NCBI GenBank assembly: GCA_001820485.1 | Contig: MHPU01000039.1 | Span: 30,904-94,903 of the forward strand | Reading direction: 5' to 3' | DNA from: Candidatus Staskawiczbacteria bacterium RIFOXYD1_FULL_32_13 | GTDB lineage: Bacteria; Patescibacteriota; Minisyncoccia; Minisyncoccales; Staskawiczbacteraceae | Length of the DNA stretch: 64,000 bases | Shown here: positions 37,719 through 47,315 of the stretch, one piece after another | How the letters are laid out: each line of letters starts with the position of its first letter | How positions within the stretch are numbered: the stretch's first letter is position 1 | Position numbers and translations under genes: made by a program | The notes under the pieces: model-generated | The model's input: the letters and a program-made list of their open reading frames with translations, nothing else | Told to the model about the DNA's origin: nothing | The model's database searches: none

Positions 37719-38945
37719 GTGAAAAATGAAGAAATTTCAAAATCTAACACAAACAGAATAATAGCACATTTGGATATGGATGCATTTTTTGCGAGTATAG
37801 AAGAAGCAGATAGCCCAATTTTTAAAGGAAAACCAATTGCAGTGGGATCTGAGGCGCTAAATGGTAATGGAAGGGGGGTTGTTTCTACTGCAAATTATAA
37901 AGCTCGCGAATATGGTATTCATTCTGCTTTGCCCATTTCACAGGCATGGCAACTCTCACAAAAAGCCAAAAAAGAAGGCAAGGATGAAGTGATTTTTTTA
38001 CCAGTAGATATGGAAAGATATGAGCAAGTATCTTGTGGAATTTATGATATAATAAAAAAATACGCTAATGTTGTGGAACCAGCTAGCATTGATGAATTTT
38101 ATTTCGATTTAACACCCAGTTTGTCATTGCGAGGAGCGACCGAAGGGAGCGACGCGGCAATCCAGAGTAGTAGCACGAATTCTAGATTGCTACGTCGTCC
38201 TGCAAAGGCGGGACTCCTCGCAATGACAGGTGAGGACGATGAGTGGAAACAAGCAGAGAAAATTTGTTTGAAAATAAAAAAAGAAATAAAAGAAAAATTT
38301 AAAATTACTTGTTCTGTGGGCCTTGCTCCTAATAAATTAATTTCTAAAATTGCTGCTGGCAAGAAAAAGCCAGATGGATTTGTTATTGTGCGACAGGAAG
38401 AGGTAGAAGTTTTTCTAGAACCATTGTCAGTGCGTGAATTGCCGGGAGTAGGCCCTAAGACAGGGGAAGTTTTAAGAAAAAATGGCGTAGAAAAAATAAA
38501 AGATTTAAAAAAGTTTTCGTACGAGGATTTATATGATATACTTGGAAAATATGGATTAGATTTGTATTATAAAGCTAAAGGAATTGATGACTCAGAACTT
38601 ATTGAAAGTAGGGAGGTAAAATCTATTGGAGAACAAACAACTTTTGATAAGGACACTCAAGATGCAGTTTATATTGGAGATATTTTTGAAAAACTGTGTT
38701 CTGATGTATTTTTAAGATTTAAAGAATCAGGATTTAAAAGTTTTAAAACAATTGCAATTACTGTAAGATTTAAAGGATTTGAAACAAAAACTACAGCCAA
38801 GACTTTAAAAGAATCAATTAGTAGCGAGAAAATATTTAAATTAGAAGCTTTAAAACTTTTATTACCATATTTAGATAGCAGGAAAAATCCAAATAATAAA
38901 TTAATTAGATTAATTGGCGTTAGTATAAAAAATTTTAATAATTAA
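37719..38945 (+). CDS. dinB: DNA polymerase IV (Y-family) carrying an in-frame 35-aa MITE-derived insertion
   Basis: The N-terminus reads HLDMDAFFASIE. The catalytic SIDEFYFDLT segment is present, and the later motifs are intact. Codons 38123-38227 are the repeat element. Confidence 0.85.
   Translation: MKNEEISKSNTNRIIAHLDMDAFFASIEEADSPIFKGKPIAVGSEALNGNGRGVVSTANYKAREYGIHSALPISQAWQLSQKAKKEGKDEVIFLPVDMERYEQVSCGIYDIIKKYANVVEPASIDEFYFDLTPSLSLRGATEGSDAAIQSSSTNSRLLRRPAKAGLLAMTGEDDEWKQAEKICLKIKKEIKEKFKITCSVGLAPNKLISKIAAGKKKPDGFVIVRQEEVEVFLEPLSVRELPGVGPKTGEVLRKNGVEKIKDLKKFSYEDLYDILGKYGLDLYYKAKGIDDSELIESREVKSIGEQTTFDKDTQDAVYIGDIFEKLCSDVFLRFKESGFKSFKTIAITVRFKGFETKTTAKTLKESISSEKIFKLEALKLLLPYLDSRKNPNNKLIRLIGVSIKNFNN
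38123..38227. repeat. Complete 105-bp copy of the GTCATTGCGAGG...CCTCGCAATGAC MITE-like palindromic repeat, inside the dinB CDS
   Basis: The terminal inverted repeat is GTCATTGCGAGGAG...CTCCTCGCAATGAC. The internal arms GCGACGCGGCAATCCAGAG and CTAGATTGCTACGTCGTC are complementary. Confidence 0.7.
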
Positions 38946-38951
38946 AAACTT

Positions 38952-39833
38952 ATGAACAAAATTTTTTTAGGGATTTTATCAATAATTTTAATTGTTCTAG
39001 TTTTTGGAGCTGGAATTTATTTTAATAATGAAATTTATTCTTTTTTTGGTGGAATAAATAAAAATATTGAAGATTTTAAGAAAACCGAAATAGGAAATTT
39101 AATAAATCAAGTTGGCAATGAAGTTTTAAATCCCTCTCCTTTAAAAGTTAACAATCCATTCAAAAATGTTGTTTTAACAAGTGAAAAAGTATTTTTGGAA
39201 ACAAATATTCAAAGAAACATTAATGGATTTTTGCCACTTTCAAGAAATGCTGTTTTAGATAAATCAGCATTAGCCAAAGCCAATGATATGTTTAAAAATC
39301 AGTATTTTGAACACAATTCACCTTCGGGAGTGAGTCCTGCTGAATTAGTTAAAAGTTTTGGATATAATTATATAGTTACTGGAGAGAATTTGATTTTAGG
39401 GAATTTTGATTCCGAATATAAATTGGTTGAGGCTTGGATGAATAGCCCTGGGCATAGGGCAAATATTTTAAATAAAAGATATACAGAAGTGGGCATTGCA
39501 GTTGTAAAAGGAACTTATAATGGGCAAACAACTTGGATTGGGGTTCAAGAGTTTGGCTTGCCTTTGTCTGCGTGCACAAAACCAGATATTGATTTAAAAA
39601 ATCAAATTGATATATTAAAAGTAAAAATAGATAATTTATCATTGCAAATTGAACAAAAAAAACAAGAAATTGATAGCATAAGCTCAAACGCCAAAAAATT
39701 TAATATGTTAGCTAAAGAGTATAATGATTTGATTAGAGAGTATGAAAATTTAGCTAATCAAATAAAAATTTTAATTACAAAATATAATAATGAGGTTTCA
39801 ATATTTAATAATTGTGTTGCTGGTAGTAATTAA
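38952..39833 (+). CDS. CAP/SCP (PR-1-like) domain secreted protein with C-terminal coiled coil
   Basis: An N-terminal TM/signal is present. The CAP core reads NDMFKNQYFEHNSP...GENL...EAWMNSPGHRANIL...YTEVGIAVV. Confidence 0.65.
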   Translation: MNKIFLGILSIILIVLVFGAGIYFNNEIYSFFGGINKNIEDFKKTEIGNLINQVGNEVLNPSPLKVNNPFKNVVLTSEKVFLETNIQRNINGFLPLSRNAVLDKSALAKANDMFKNQYFEHNSPSGVSPAELVKSFGYNYIVTGENLILGNFDSEYKLVEAWMNSPGHRANILNKRYTEVGIAVVKGTYNGQTTWIGVQEFGLPLSACTKPDIDLKNQIDILKVKIDNLSLQIEQKKQEIDSISSNAKKFNMLAKEYNDLIREYENLANQIKILITKYNNEVSIFNNCVAGSN

Positions 39834-39839
39834 TAATTT

Positions 39840-40619
39840 ATGAAAATTTTTGCAGTTAAAACAAGGGCTATGTTACCACCAAAAGATGATTTGTTCTCCT
39901 TGATTAGGAGTAGTTTTCTATACAATAAAATAAAATTGAAAGAAAAATCAATAATTGTAATTACTTCAAAAATTGTTACTATTGCTCAAGGCAGATGTGT
40001 AAAAATAAATACAGATTTGAATAAAGAACATCAAAGAAAGGAGAAAGATAAATTGATAAAACAGGAAGCAGATTTTTTCATTGATCGTAAACACGTTCCG
40101 CATCAGTTAGTAACTTTAACAATCAAAAATAATATTTTAATTCCAACTTCTGGTATTGATGAAAGTAATGCAAATGGATATTATATTTTATGGCCTAAAA
40201 AACCATTTTTGGAAGCTAAAAAAATTCATGCATTTATAAAAAAAGAATTTGGTGTAAAAAAAGTTGGTATAATAATTTCTGATAGCCATACAACTCCCTT
40301 AAGAGCTGGAATTTCTGGAATTTCAATTGCTTATTTTGGCTTTTATCCATTAAGAGATTACAGAGGTAAAAAAGATATATTTGCAAGAGAGCTTAAAATG
40401 TCACAAACAAATATTGTAGATTCTTTAGCTGATATTGCAGTTTTTGCAATGGGTGAGGGAAATGAGCAAACTCCAATTGCAATTATTGAGGATGCCTTGG
40501 GAATTAAGTTTGGTTTTGATAGTGTAAAAAATGATCCTTTAATAATTGATAAAAAACAAGACATTTATTGGCCATTAGTAAATGGTGCAAAATGGAGTAA
40601 AGGTAAAAATAAAAAGTAG
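39840..40619 (+). CDS. CofE-like (F420-0:gamma-glutamyl ligase family) protein
   Basis: The family motifs present are VITSKIVTIAQGR, SGIDESNA and IIISDSHTTPLRAG. Confidence 0.55.
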   Translation: MKIFAVKTRAMLPPKDDLFSLIRSSFLYNKIKLKEKSIIVITSKIVTIAQGRCVKINTDLNKEHQRKEKDKLIKQEADFFIDRKHVPHQLVTLTIKNNILIPTSGIDESNANGYYILWPKKPFLEAKKIHAFIKKEFGVKKVGIIISDSHTTPLRAGISGISIAYFGFYPLRDYRGKKDIFARELKMSQTNIVDSLADIAVFAMGEGNEQTPIAIIEDALGIKFGFDSVKNDPLIIDKKQDIYWPLVNGAKWSKGKNKK

Positions 40620-40622
40620 AAT

Positions 40623-41159
40623 ATGAAATTTGCAATTGTTTCAGATAGTCATAATAATGTAAAAAATTTTAAAAAAATTATTGTATTTTTGAATAAAGAA
40701 AATATTAAGTTGATTTTGCATTGTGGAGATATTGGAAGTCCAGAATTTTTAGAAGAATCATTACAAGATTTTGATGGAAAGTTTTTTGGAGTTTTAGGAA
40801 ATATGGATAGAGATTATAGAATATTAGTGGTTGATTATAATAAAATTAAAAATGTGAAGATTGAAGAAAGAGTTTTGGAAATTCCAATTGATAAAAAAAT
40901 GACAGCTATTACACATTATCCAGAAACTGCACGAAGTTTGGCTGAGTCTGGTAAATATAATTTAGTTTTTTATGGACACACACATAAGCCTTGGCTTGAC
41001 TCGCTGAAGCTCGCAAGCGAAAGCGGTGAAGAGAAAAAGTGTTTGCTTGTTAATCCTGGAGAAACTGCTGGACAAATATTTAAACCTTGTTTTGCAATTT
41101 ATGATACAGAAAAAGATTTTCTTGAACTTAAAATTTTAGAAAGATTAGAACAACGCTAA
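40623..41159 (+). CDS. Metallophosphoesterase (YfcE/MJ0936 family)
   Basis: The metal-binding motifs present are VSDSHNN, HCGDIGS, GNMD, ITHYPE and YGHTHKPW. Confidence 0.75.
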   Translation: MKFAIVSDSHNNVKNFKKIIVFLNKENIKLILHCGDIGSPEFLEESLQDFDGKFFGVLGNMDRDYRILVVDYNKIKNVKIEERVLEIPIDKKMTAITHYPETARSLAESGKYNLVFYGHTHKPWLDSLKLASESGEEKKCLLVNPGETAGQIFKPCFAIYDTEKDFLELKILERLEQR

Positions 41160-41173
41160 GTTGTCTAGAAAGG

Positions 41174-41201
41174 TTGACTATTTATAGAAAAAGAGTAAAA
41201 T
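41174..41201 (+). promoter_or_regulatory. Candidate sigma70 promoter upstream of secD
   Basis: The -35 TTGACT and the -10 TAAAAT are separated by a 16-nt spacer. Confidence 0.45.
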
Positions 41202-41248
41202 ATAACTATTATAAAAAATGAATAATAAAAATTAAAATTCAAACTTAC

Positions 41249-42670
41249 ATGAAATCTAAATATTATATTCTTATAGCTATTATTGTGTTAGCTTTTTTAG
41301 TTGGAAATTTTGCAAACCCAATTTACTTTAATAAATCTGTTGATTTTTTAAATTCTAAATTTTCTTGGACACTGCCACATTTTTGGAACAAACCATTTAC
41401 TTTAGGTCTTGATTTGCAAGGTGGTGTAAATTTAGTTTATCAGGCAGATTTAAGCCAAACAATTGATAAGGATGGGGCTATGGCAGGTTTGAGAGATGTA
41501 ATTGAAAGAAGAGTTAATATGTTTGGAGTATCTGAGCCTGTTGTGCAAATTCAGGGCGAGGATAGGCTTTTGGTAGAGCTTCCTGGAGTGAAAAATGTAC
41601 AAGAAGCAATACAAATGATTGGAGAAACTCCATATTTAGAGTTTTTGGAGCAGAGAGAAGAAAAAGATTCTCAAATAATTTTAGATAAAATGAAAGAAAT
41701 TCAAACAGCACAGGAGAAAGGAGAAGATATTTCAAAAATTATAGATTGGCAAATAGCGTTGCAAAGTCCTTATTTTAAGCCAACAGAATTAACTGGAAAA
41801 TATTTAAAATCTGCTAATGTTATTTTCAATCAAACAACATTTAAACCTGAAATTGAACTTCAATTTAATGATGATGGAGCTAAGTTGTTTGAAACTATTA
41901 CAGAAAGAAATGCAAATAAACCTTTGGCAATATTTTTAGATGGAGCTTCGATTATAGATACATCGGGAGATAATAAAATTGATGGAAATGATTTATACGC
42001 TCCAATTGTTCAAGGTAAAATTTCTGGCGGGCGAGCTGTAATTACAGGAAATATGTCAACACAAACTGCAAATGATATTAAGAGACGATTAAATTCAGGA
42101 GCTTTGCCAGTTAAAATTGGTGCGCCAATTTCTCAAGAAACAGTAGGACCTACTTTAGGATCTGTTTCTTTGCAAAAGTCTTTATGGGCAGGAGTTTGGG
42201 GTCTTTTAGCTGTAGCTTTGTTTATGATTGTATTTTATAGATTGCCAGGACTTTTGGCTTCTATTGCTTTGGTAATTTATGTTGCAATTGTTTTATCTAT
42301 ATTTAAATTAGTGCCTGTAACTTTAACTTTAGCTGGAATTGGTGGATTTATTTTGTCTATTGGAATGGCAGTTGATGCTAATATTTTGATTTTTGCTAGA
42401 ATGAAGGAAGAAATAAATAATGGTAAAAGCTTAGGACTTGCAATTGATGAAGGTTTTAAAAGAGCCTGGCCATCAATTAGAGATAGTAACTTAAATTCTT
42501 TGATCGTTTGTGCAATTTTATTTTTATTTGCAACCTCGTTTATTAAGGGATTTGCTTTGACTTTGAGCATTGGTATTTTAGTAAGTTTATTTTCAGCAAT
42601 ATTCATCACTAGAATTTTACTACAAATATTTATTGGAAATTGGGCAGAAAAAGTCAAGTGGCTTTTGTAA
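41249..42670 (+). CDS. secD: Protein translocase subunit SecD
   Basis: It has an N-terminal TM, a periplasmic domain, and a C-terminal 6-TM bundle (GLDLQGG...GPTLG...IAGIGGFILSIGMAVDANILIFARMKEE). Confidence 0.9.
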   Translation: MKSKYYILIAIIVLAFLVGNFANPIYFNKSVDFLNSKFSWTLPHFWNKPFTLGLDLQGGVNLVYQADLSQTIDKDGAMAGLRDVIERRVNMFGVSEPVVQIQGEDRLLVELPGVKNVQEAIQMIGETPYLEFLEQREEKDSQIILDKMKEIQTAQEKGEDISKIIDWQIALQSPYFKPTELTGKYLKSANVIFNQTTFKPEIELQFNDDGAKLFETITERNANKPLAIFLDGASIIDTSGDNKIDGNDLYAPIVQGKISGGRAVITGNMSTQTANDIKRRLNSGALPVKIGAPISQETVGPTLGSVSLQKSLWAGVWGLLAVALFMIVFYRLPGLLASIALVIYVAIVLSIFKLVPVTLTLAGIGGFILSIGMAVDANILIFARMKEEINNGKSLGLAIDEGFKRAWPSIRDSNLNSLIVCAILFLFATSFIKGFALTLSIGILVSLFSAIFITRILLQIFIGNWAEKVKWLL

Positions 42671-42701
42671 AATAATTTTGTAATTTGAAAAGTCTCTTTC
42701 T

Positions 42702-42782
42702 GTCATTGCGAGGAGCCCGCAGGCGACGTGGCAATTTAGAAGTTTGAGATTGCTTCGGCTATTGCGATAGCCTCGCAATGAC
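42702..42782. repeat. 81-bp copy of the MITE-like palindromic repeat
   Basis: It reads GTCATTGCGAGGAGCCCGCAGGCGACGTGGCAATTTAGAAG...CCTCGCAATGAC and lies directly after the secD stop. Confidence 0.65.
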
Positions 42783-42874
42783 GGAAGAGAACTAATTTTG
42801 TAAAAAAAGAGACGCTGGGTCGTCCGAGAAAAATTCGGATTACTCCCAGCGCCATGCTGACGAAAAAGCGGTTT

Positions 42875-43162
42875 TCACGCCGGGTATTCGTCAACTGGAC
42901 GTTGCCACGGTTCTCGCTCATTGCTTTTCGGTCGGCTACGATGATCATCGGTTCCCTGTTTTATTGGGTCGCTTTCTTCCTTTTCTTCCGTGGGTTGTTC
43001 GCCATCGAACAGCACAAGTGCTTCACGATTTGCCAGATCTACGGCGACTATTGAGACCGATCCGCCCCTCTTCAGTGCTTCGTTGAGTCTTCTCACAAAG
43101 CATTCACTCGAGCGACCAGTTTCCACTTCGCGAACTGTTGGTTCTATGAGTTCCACATACAT
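42875..43162 (-). CDS. Hypothetical protein in GC-rich islet 3
   Basis: The 95-aa ORF starts at MYVELI, with AAGGAG 6 nt upstream. A minus-strand hairpin (GCTGGG/CCCAGC) plus TTTTTTTACAAAA lies downstream at 42790-42850. Confidence 0.4.
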   Translation of the reverse strand: MYVELIEPTVREVETGRSSECFVRRLNEALKRGGSVSIVAVDLANREALVLFDGEQPTEEKEESDPIKQGTDDHRSRPKSNEREPWQRPVDEYPA

Positions 43163-43253
43163 AATCATCTCCTTAAAATCAGGGATTCGAAACCATAGAA
43201 ATAATATCAAAAATAAAATTAATTGTCAAATAAAATATTAAAAAAATAAAAAT

Positions 43254-44150
43254 ATGAATTTCAATTATACAAAGTATTCGCCAATATATTACACAATCTC
43301 TGGGGTTTTAATTATTGCCTCAATTGTTTGTTTGTCTGTTTTTGGATTAAAGTTTGGAATTGAATTTACAGGTGGTAGTAATATGCAAATTGAATTTTTG
43401 GAAAATAGACCGTCAAATGAAGATATAAATAAATCTCTGGTTGATTTTAAATTAGGAGACATAGTAATTCAGCCAACAGGCCAAAAAGGTGTTATTTTGC
43501 AATTTAAGGGCGTAGATGAGGCGATTCATCAGCAAATTTTGGCAAAAATAAATGAGCTTTCAAAATCAGAAGAAAAAAGCTTTCAATTTATTGGGCCATC
43601 TGTTGGTCAAGAATTAAAAAACAAGACTCAAATTGCTATTGTAATGGTGCTTTTAGCAATTACAATTTATATTGCATTTGCTTTCAGAAAAGTTTCTCGC
43701 CCCGTTGCTTCTTGGAAATATGGAGTTACTTCTTTAATCGCATTGTTTCATGATATTTTAATCCCACTTGGAGTATTTGCTGTTTTAGGAAAATTTTATA
43801 ATGTTGAAATTACAATTCCAATTATTGCTGCTTTGCTTACAGTTTTAGGATTTTCGGTTCATGACACAATTGTTATTTTTGACAGAATCAGGGAAAATAT
43901 TTTAAGAAAAGGAATGGGGCAGTTTAAAGAAAATGTAGATCTGAGTTTAAACCAAACCTTAGGTAGATCTTTAAGTACTGTATTTAGTACATTAATTCCA
44001 CTTTTTGCAATGTACTTTTTTGGAGGAGAAACTTTAAAATATTTTTCTTTGGCTTTAATAATTGGAATAACTTCTGGGGCTTATTCTTCAATATTTATTG
44101 CAGGCCCCTTATTGGTTTCTTGGAGAAAATGGGATGAAAAGAAATTCTAA
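43254..44150 (+). CDS. secF: Protein translocase subunit SecF
   Basis: The 6-TM SecF motifs present are GIEFTGG and VHDTIVIFDRIRE. Confidence 0.9.
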   Translation: MNFNYTKYSPIYYTISGVLIIASIVCLSVFGLKFGIEFTGGSNMQIEFLENRPSNEDINKSLVDFKLGDIVIQPTGQKGVILQFKGVDEAIHQQILAKINELSKSEEKSFQFIGPSVGQELKNKTQIAIVMVLLAITIYIAFAFRKVSRPVASWKYGVTSLIALFHDILIPLGVFAVLGKFYNVEITIPIIAALLTVLGFSVHDTIVIFDRIRENILRKGMGQFKENVDLSLNQTLGRSLSTVFSTLIPLFAMYFFGGETLKYFSLALIIGITSGAYSSIFIAGPLLVSWRKWDEKKF

Positions 44151-44303
44151 AAATAGTTATTAACAGTTAAGTCTTCAAGACTCTTGACATATAAACTAAT
44201 ATATGCTAACATTATATATTAAACTATAAACTATTAATAGTGCTATATTTTTTAGCCTTAAAACCAACCTAAAAATTATCGCAATATTTAGTAACATATT
44301 AAA

Positions 44304-45332
44304 ATGACAAAATTAAATTACGCACAATTATATACAAAATTAACCAAAGGTCTTTCTCCAAAATCAAAGAATATTTTTGATAGACGTTTTGGAGTAAAAA
44401 ATGGTAAACCAGAAACCTTAGAATCAATAGGGGATTCTTTGCATATTACCAGAGAAAGAGTTAGGCAGATTGAAGAAGTTGGTTTTAACTTTGTAAGAAA
44501 AAATAATCAAGAAACTTTAGATAAAGTTTTTAAAGAATTTGTTGATTATTTTACCAAAAATGGTGGTTTAAGACGTGAGGATTTAGTACTTGAAGAATTA
44601 GGAGGTAAGAAAAATAAACCATTTGTTTTATTCTTTTTAACAATTTCTGATTTGTTTACTAGAGTTTGTGAGAAAAAAGACTTTTTCTATTTTTGGTCAA
44701 TAATTCCAGATGCTAAAAATAAAGTTAAAGAAACTTTAGATTCTCTAGTAAAAGATATTGATGTAGTTGGAAAAGTTATGGCTAGAAAAGATGTGATTGT
44801 TTCTTTTGCTTCAAAAAATAATTTAAGTAATGAGGCTGTTTCTTCTTATCTTGAAATTTCCAAAAATATTCAGACAAATAGAGAAGGGAAATTGGGTTTG
44901 GTTCACTGGCCAGAAATAAAACCAAGAGGTGTAAAGGATAGAGCATTTTTAACTTTTAAGAAACATGGCAAACCTTTGCATTTTACAGATGTAGCTAAAA
45001 TGATTGATAAATTGGAATATAATCAGCCAAATAAAAAAACTTATGCTCAAACAGTGCATAATGAACTGATTAAGGATTCAAGATTTGTTTTAGTGGGTAG
45101 GGGCACTTATGCTTTATCAGAATGGGGATATACTCCAGGAACAATTAAAGATGTTATTATTAAAGTATTGCAAACCAAAAATCAACCAACACATAAAGAT
45201 GAAATTGTTAAGGAAGTTTTGTCTCAAAGAATGGTTGCAAAAAATACAGTGCTTATGAATTTGAACATCAAAAATAATTTTGATAAAGATGATAAAGGAA
45301 ATTATTTTATCAGAAAAATCGAATCAGTGTAA
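44304..45332 (+). CDS. Sigma-70 region-4-like HTH protein with C-terminal HARE-HTH domain
   Basis: The N-terminal sigma70_r4-like segment reads TLESIGDSLHITRERVRQIEEVGF. The C-terminal segment LHFTDVAKMIDKL...TVHNELIKDSRFVLVGRGTYALSEWGY fits HARE-HTH. Confidence 0.5.
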   Translation: MTKLNYAQLYTKLTKGLSPKSKNIFDRRFGVKNGKPETLESIGDSLHITRERVRQIEEVGFNFVRKNNQETLDKVFKEFVDYFTKNGGLRREDLVLEELGGKKNKPFVLFFLTISDLFTRVCEKKDFFYFWSIIPDAKNKVKETLDSLVKDIDVVGKVMARKDVIVSFASKNNLSNEAVSSYLEISKNIQTNREGKLGLVHWPEIKPRGVKDRAFLTFKKHGKPLHFTDVAKMIDKLEYNQPNKKTYAQTVHNELIKDSRFVLVGRGTYALSEWGYTPGTIKDVIIKVLQTKNQPTHKDEIVKEVLSQRMVAKNTVLMNLNIKNNFDKDDKGNYFIRKIESV

Positions 45333-45516
45333 AAGTACATAAATAAAAGTGTGACTACTGTCACGTTTTTATTTTGTAAAAATAAATATCGCAAGAAAGT
45401 AGCGATCGCCATTTTTGTGCGATAATAATTTTTATTTTATAGCTTGTTTGTTGATTTTAAAATCTGTGAGGAGTATAATAATATAATGAATTTGAAATTT
45501 AAAATTTGAAATTTTA

Positions 45517-45735
45517 ATGAATTATTTTTTTATTGGTTTATATATTTTATTGGCACTTACAGCAGTTTATTATATTGTATTTTTTGCATTACTTTATTAT
45601 TGGCATGAGAAAAAAGCTACTTTTGTAGTAGTTCCTATAATCTTTACATTTTACTTTTTTGCAATAGGTTTTTTAATTGTTTCTATTATCTCATTAGCTA
45701 TTGAATATTTACCAAGTTTTTTAAATAATTTATAA
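45517..45735 (+). CDS. Small 2-TM membrane protein
   Basis: It is 72 aa and almost entirely hydrophobic. Confidence 0.35.
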   Translation: MNYFFIGLYILLALTAVYYIVFFALLYYWHEKKATFVVVPIIFTFYFFAIGFLIVSIISLAIEYLPSFLNNL

Positions 45736-45753
45736 AATTATTTTTTTAAAAAA

Positions 45754-47154
45754 ATGGCAAGCAAAATTTACAAAACATATTTTTTCTTTATGCCTTGGGC
45801 AAGGAAGGCATTTTGGGATCCTTTTTGGTGGGCGATTTTATTTGTAGTAATTTTGTTTATTCCTTTTTTAAGACCTTGGGGATGGTTTTTTCTTCCAATG
45901 ATGTTAATTGTGCAACTAAAAGAACTTTATCTTTGGTGGATAATGTGGGATTTTACTTATGCAAAATTCAAATGGGTAGTAATTGAAATGATTCCACCAA
46001 AAGAAGTTTTGGCTCCGTTTAAAGCTATGGAAGATGTTTTTACTAGTCTTTGGCCAATATATGATTCTGGTAATTGGCGTGAGCAGTGGTGTGAGGGAGA
46101 ATTTGCTGAATCAGCATATTGGTTTTCTTGGGAAATTGTAAGTGCTGAAGGATCGGTCCATTTTTATTTAAGATGTCTTGCTCAGCATAGAAGGACTATA
46201 GAATCAATTATTTATGGTCATTATCCGGAAATAGAAATGCGTGAAGTGCCTGATTACTTAAAAGCTATTCCGCAAGATATACCCAACCAAGAGTGGGATT
46301 TGTATGGAGAAGATTGGATGTTTGAAAAAATAGATTGTTATCCTATTAGAACTTATGAAAAGTTTTTTGAGCCACAAGGCGAAAGGATTTCAGCAGAGGA
46401 AAAAAGAATAGATCCAATGGCCTCCTTACTTGAAGGGCTTTCTAGATTAGGTCCAGGTGAGCATTTTTGGATTCAATTTATTACAACTCCAGTTGTTGAT
46501 TCTGAAGTTGGACTTAATGCAATAGCAAAAAAAGAAATTGATAGAATTGCGAGGCGACCTGTTAAAAAAGAGAAAACATTTCTGCAAGATATAGGAGATT
46601 TGTTATATTACTTGATTATGGGACCTACAAAAGAGGGTAGTGGCGAAAAAGCAACTTATAAATTTCTCCCAAGAGTAATGGAGGATGAAGGTGATGATAA
46701 TGAGCTTATGTTAACTCCTGGAGAAAAAGAAGTTTTACTTGGTATTGAAGATAAAATGAAAAAGCCAATTTTTAAATGTTCTGTGAGAGGTGCTTATGTA
46801 GCTAAAAGGGAGAATTGGAGCGGGGCAAGTAAAAATGCTGGGAGAGGTTATTTTGGGCATTTTAAAACAATGCATTTAAATGCTCTAAGATATACTGGTG
46901 ATACAAGACCAAAGACTCATTATCTTTTTAGAAAAAGAAGAGCATATTTTAGAGCAAGAAAAATGTTTAGAAATATTGTTCGTCGTTTTCCTGCAATGTA
47001 TCCAGATATGAAAGCATATACAATACTTTTAAATTCTGAAGAATTGGCAACATTATTTCACTTTCCAAATAAACTTACAGGACTTGTTTCTCCATCAGTG
47101 GCAAGGGTGGAATCAAAGAGAGGTGGACCTCCAGAAAATTTGCCAATAGAATAA
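45754..47154 (+). CDS. Membrane-anchored hypothetical protein (2 N-terminal TM helices and a ~400-aa soluble domain)
   Basis: The N-terminus is rich in W/F with two TM helices, and the remainder is basic and aromatic with no known motif. It is the first gene of the zinc-ribbon paralog locus. Confidence 0.5.
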   Translation: MASKIYKTYFFFMPWARKAFWDPFWWAILFVVILFIPFLRPWGWFFLPMMLIVQLKELYLWWIMWDFTYAKFKWVVIEMIPPKEVLAPFKAMEDVFTSLWPIYDSGNWREQWCEGEFAESAYWFSWEIVSAEGSVHFYLRCLAQHRRTIESIIYGHYPEIEMREVPDYLKAIPQDIPNQEWDLYGEDWMFEKIDCYPIRTYEKFFEPQGERISAEEKRIDPMASLLEGLSRLGPGEHFWIQFITTPVVDSEVGLNAIAKKEIDRIARRPVKKEKTFLQDIGDLLYYLIMGPTKEGSGEKATYKFLPRVMEDEGDDNELMLTPGEKEVLLGIEDKMKKPIFKCSVRGAYVAKRENWSGASKNAGRGYFGHFKTMHLNALRYTGDTRPKTHYLFRKRRAYFRARKMFRNIVRRFPAMYPDMKAYTILLNSEELATLFHFPNKLTGLVSPSVARVESKRGGPPENLPIE

Positions 47155-47179
47155 AAAGCTATGTAATCATAAGTAAAAT

Positions 47180-47284
47180 CAGTGTCATTGCGAGCCCCGC
47201 TATAGCGGGGCGTGGCAATCTAGAGTTTGCATATAAAATTCTGGATTGCCACGCTCGCCTGCAGGCTCGCTCGCAATGACACTG
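47180..47284. repeat. 105-bp copy of the MITE-like palindromic repeat (extended TIR CAGTGTCATTGCGAG...CTCGCAATGACACTG)
   Basis: It lies between the 466-aa gene and paralog P1. The internal arms CGTGGCAATCTAGAG and CTGGATTGCCACG pair with each other. Confidence 0.7.
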
Positions 47285-47315
47285 CTACTATTGTTAAAAT
47301 AATTATTTAATTTAT

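Noticed and set aside
37201-37729. Plus-strand ORFs 37201..37449 and 37442..37729 inside GC-rich islet 2
   Set aside because: They overlap the longer minus-strand ORF, which has an AAGGAG SD and a terminator. GC-rich DNA yields open frames on several strands, and only one is likely real.
42736-43241. Overlapping ORFs 42736..42948(-), 42854..43054(+) and 42990..43241(+) in islet 3
   Set aside because: They have the same issue. The minus-strand ORF starting at MYVELI (43162) has the only convincing SD.
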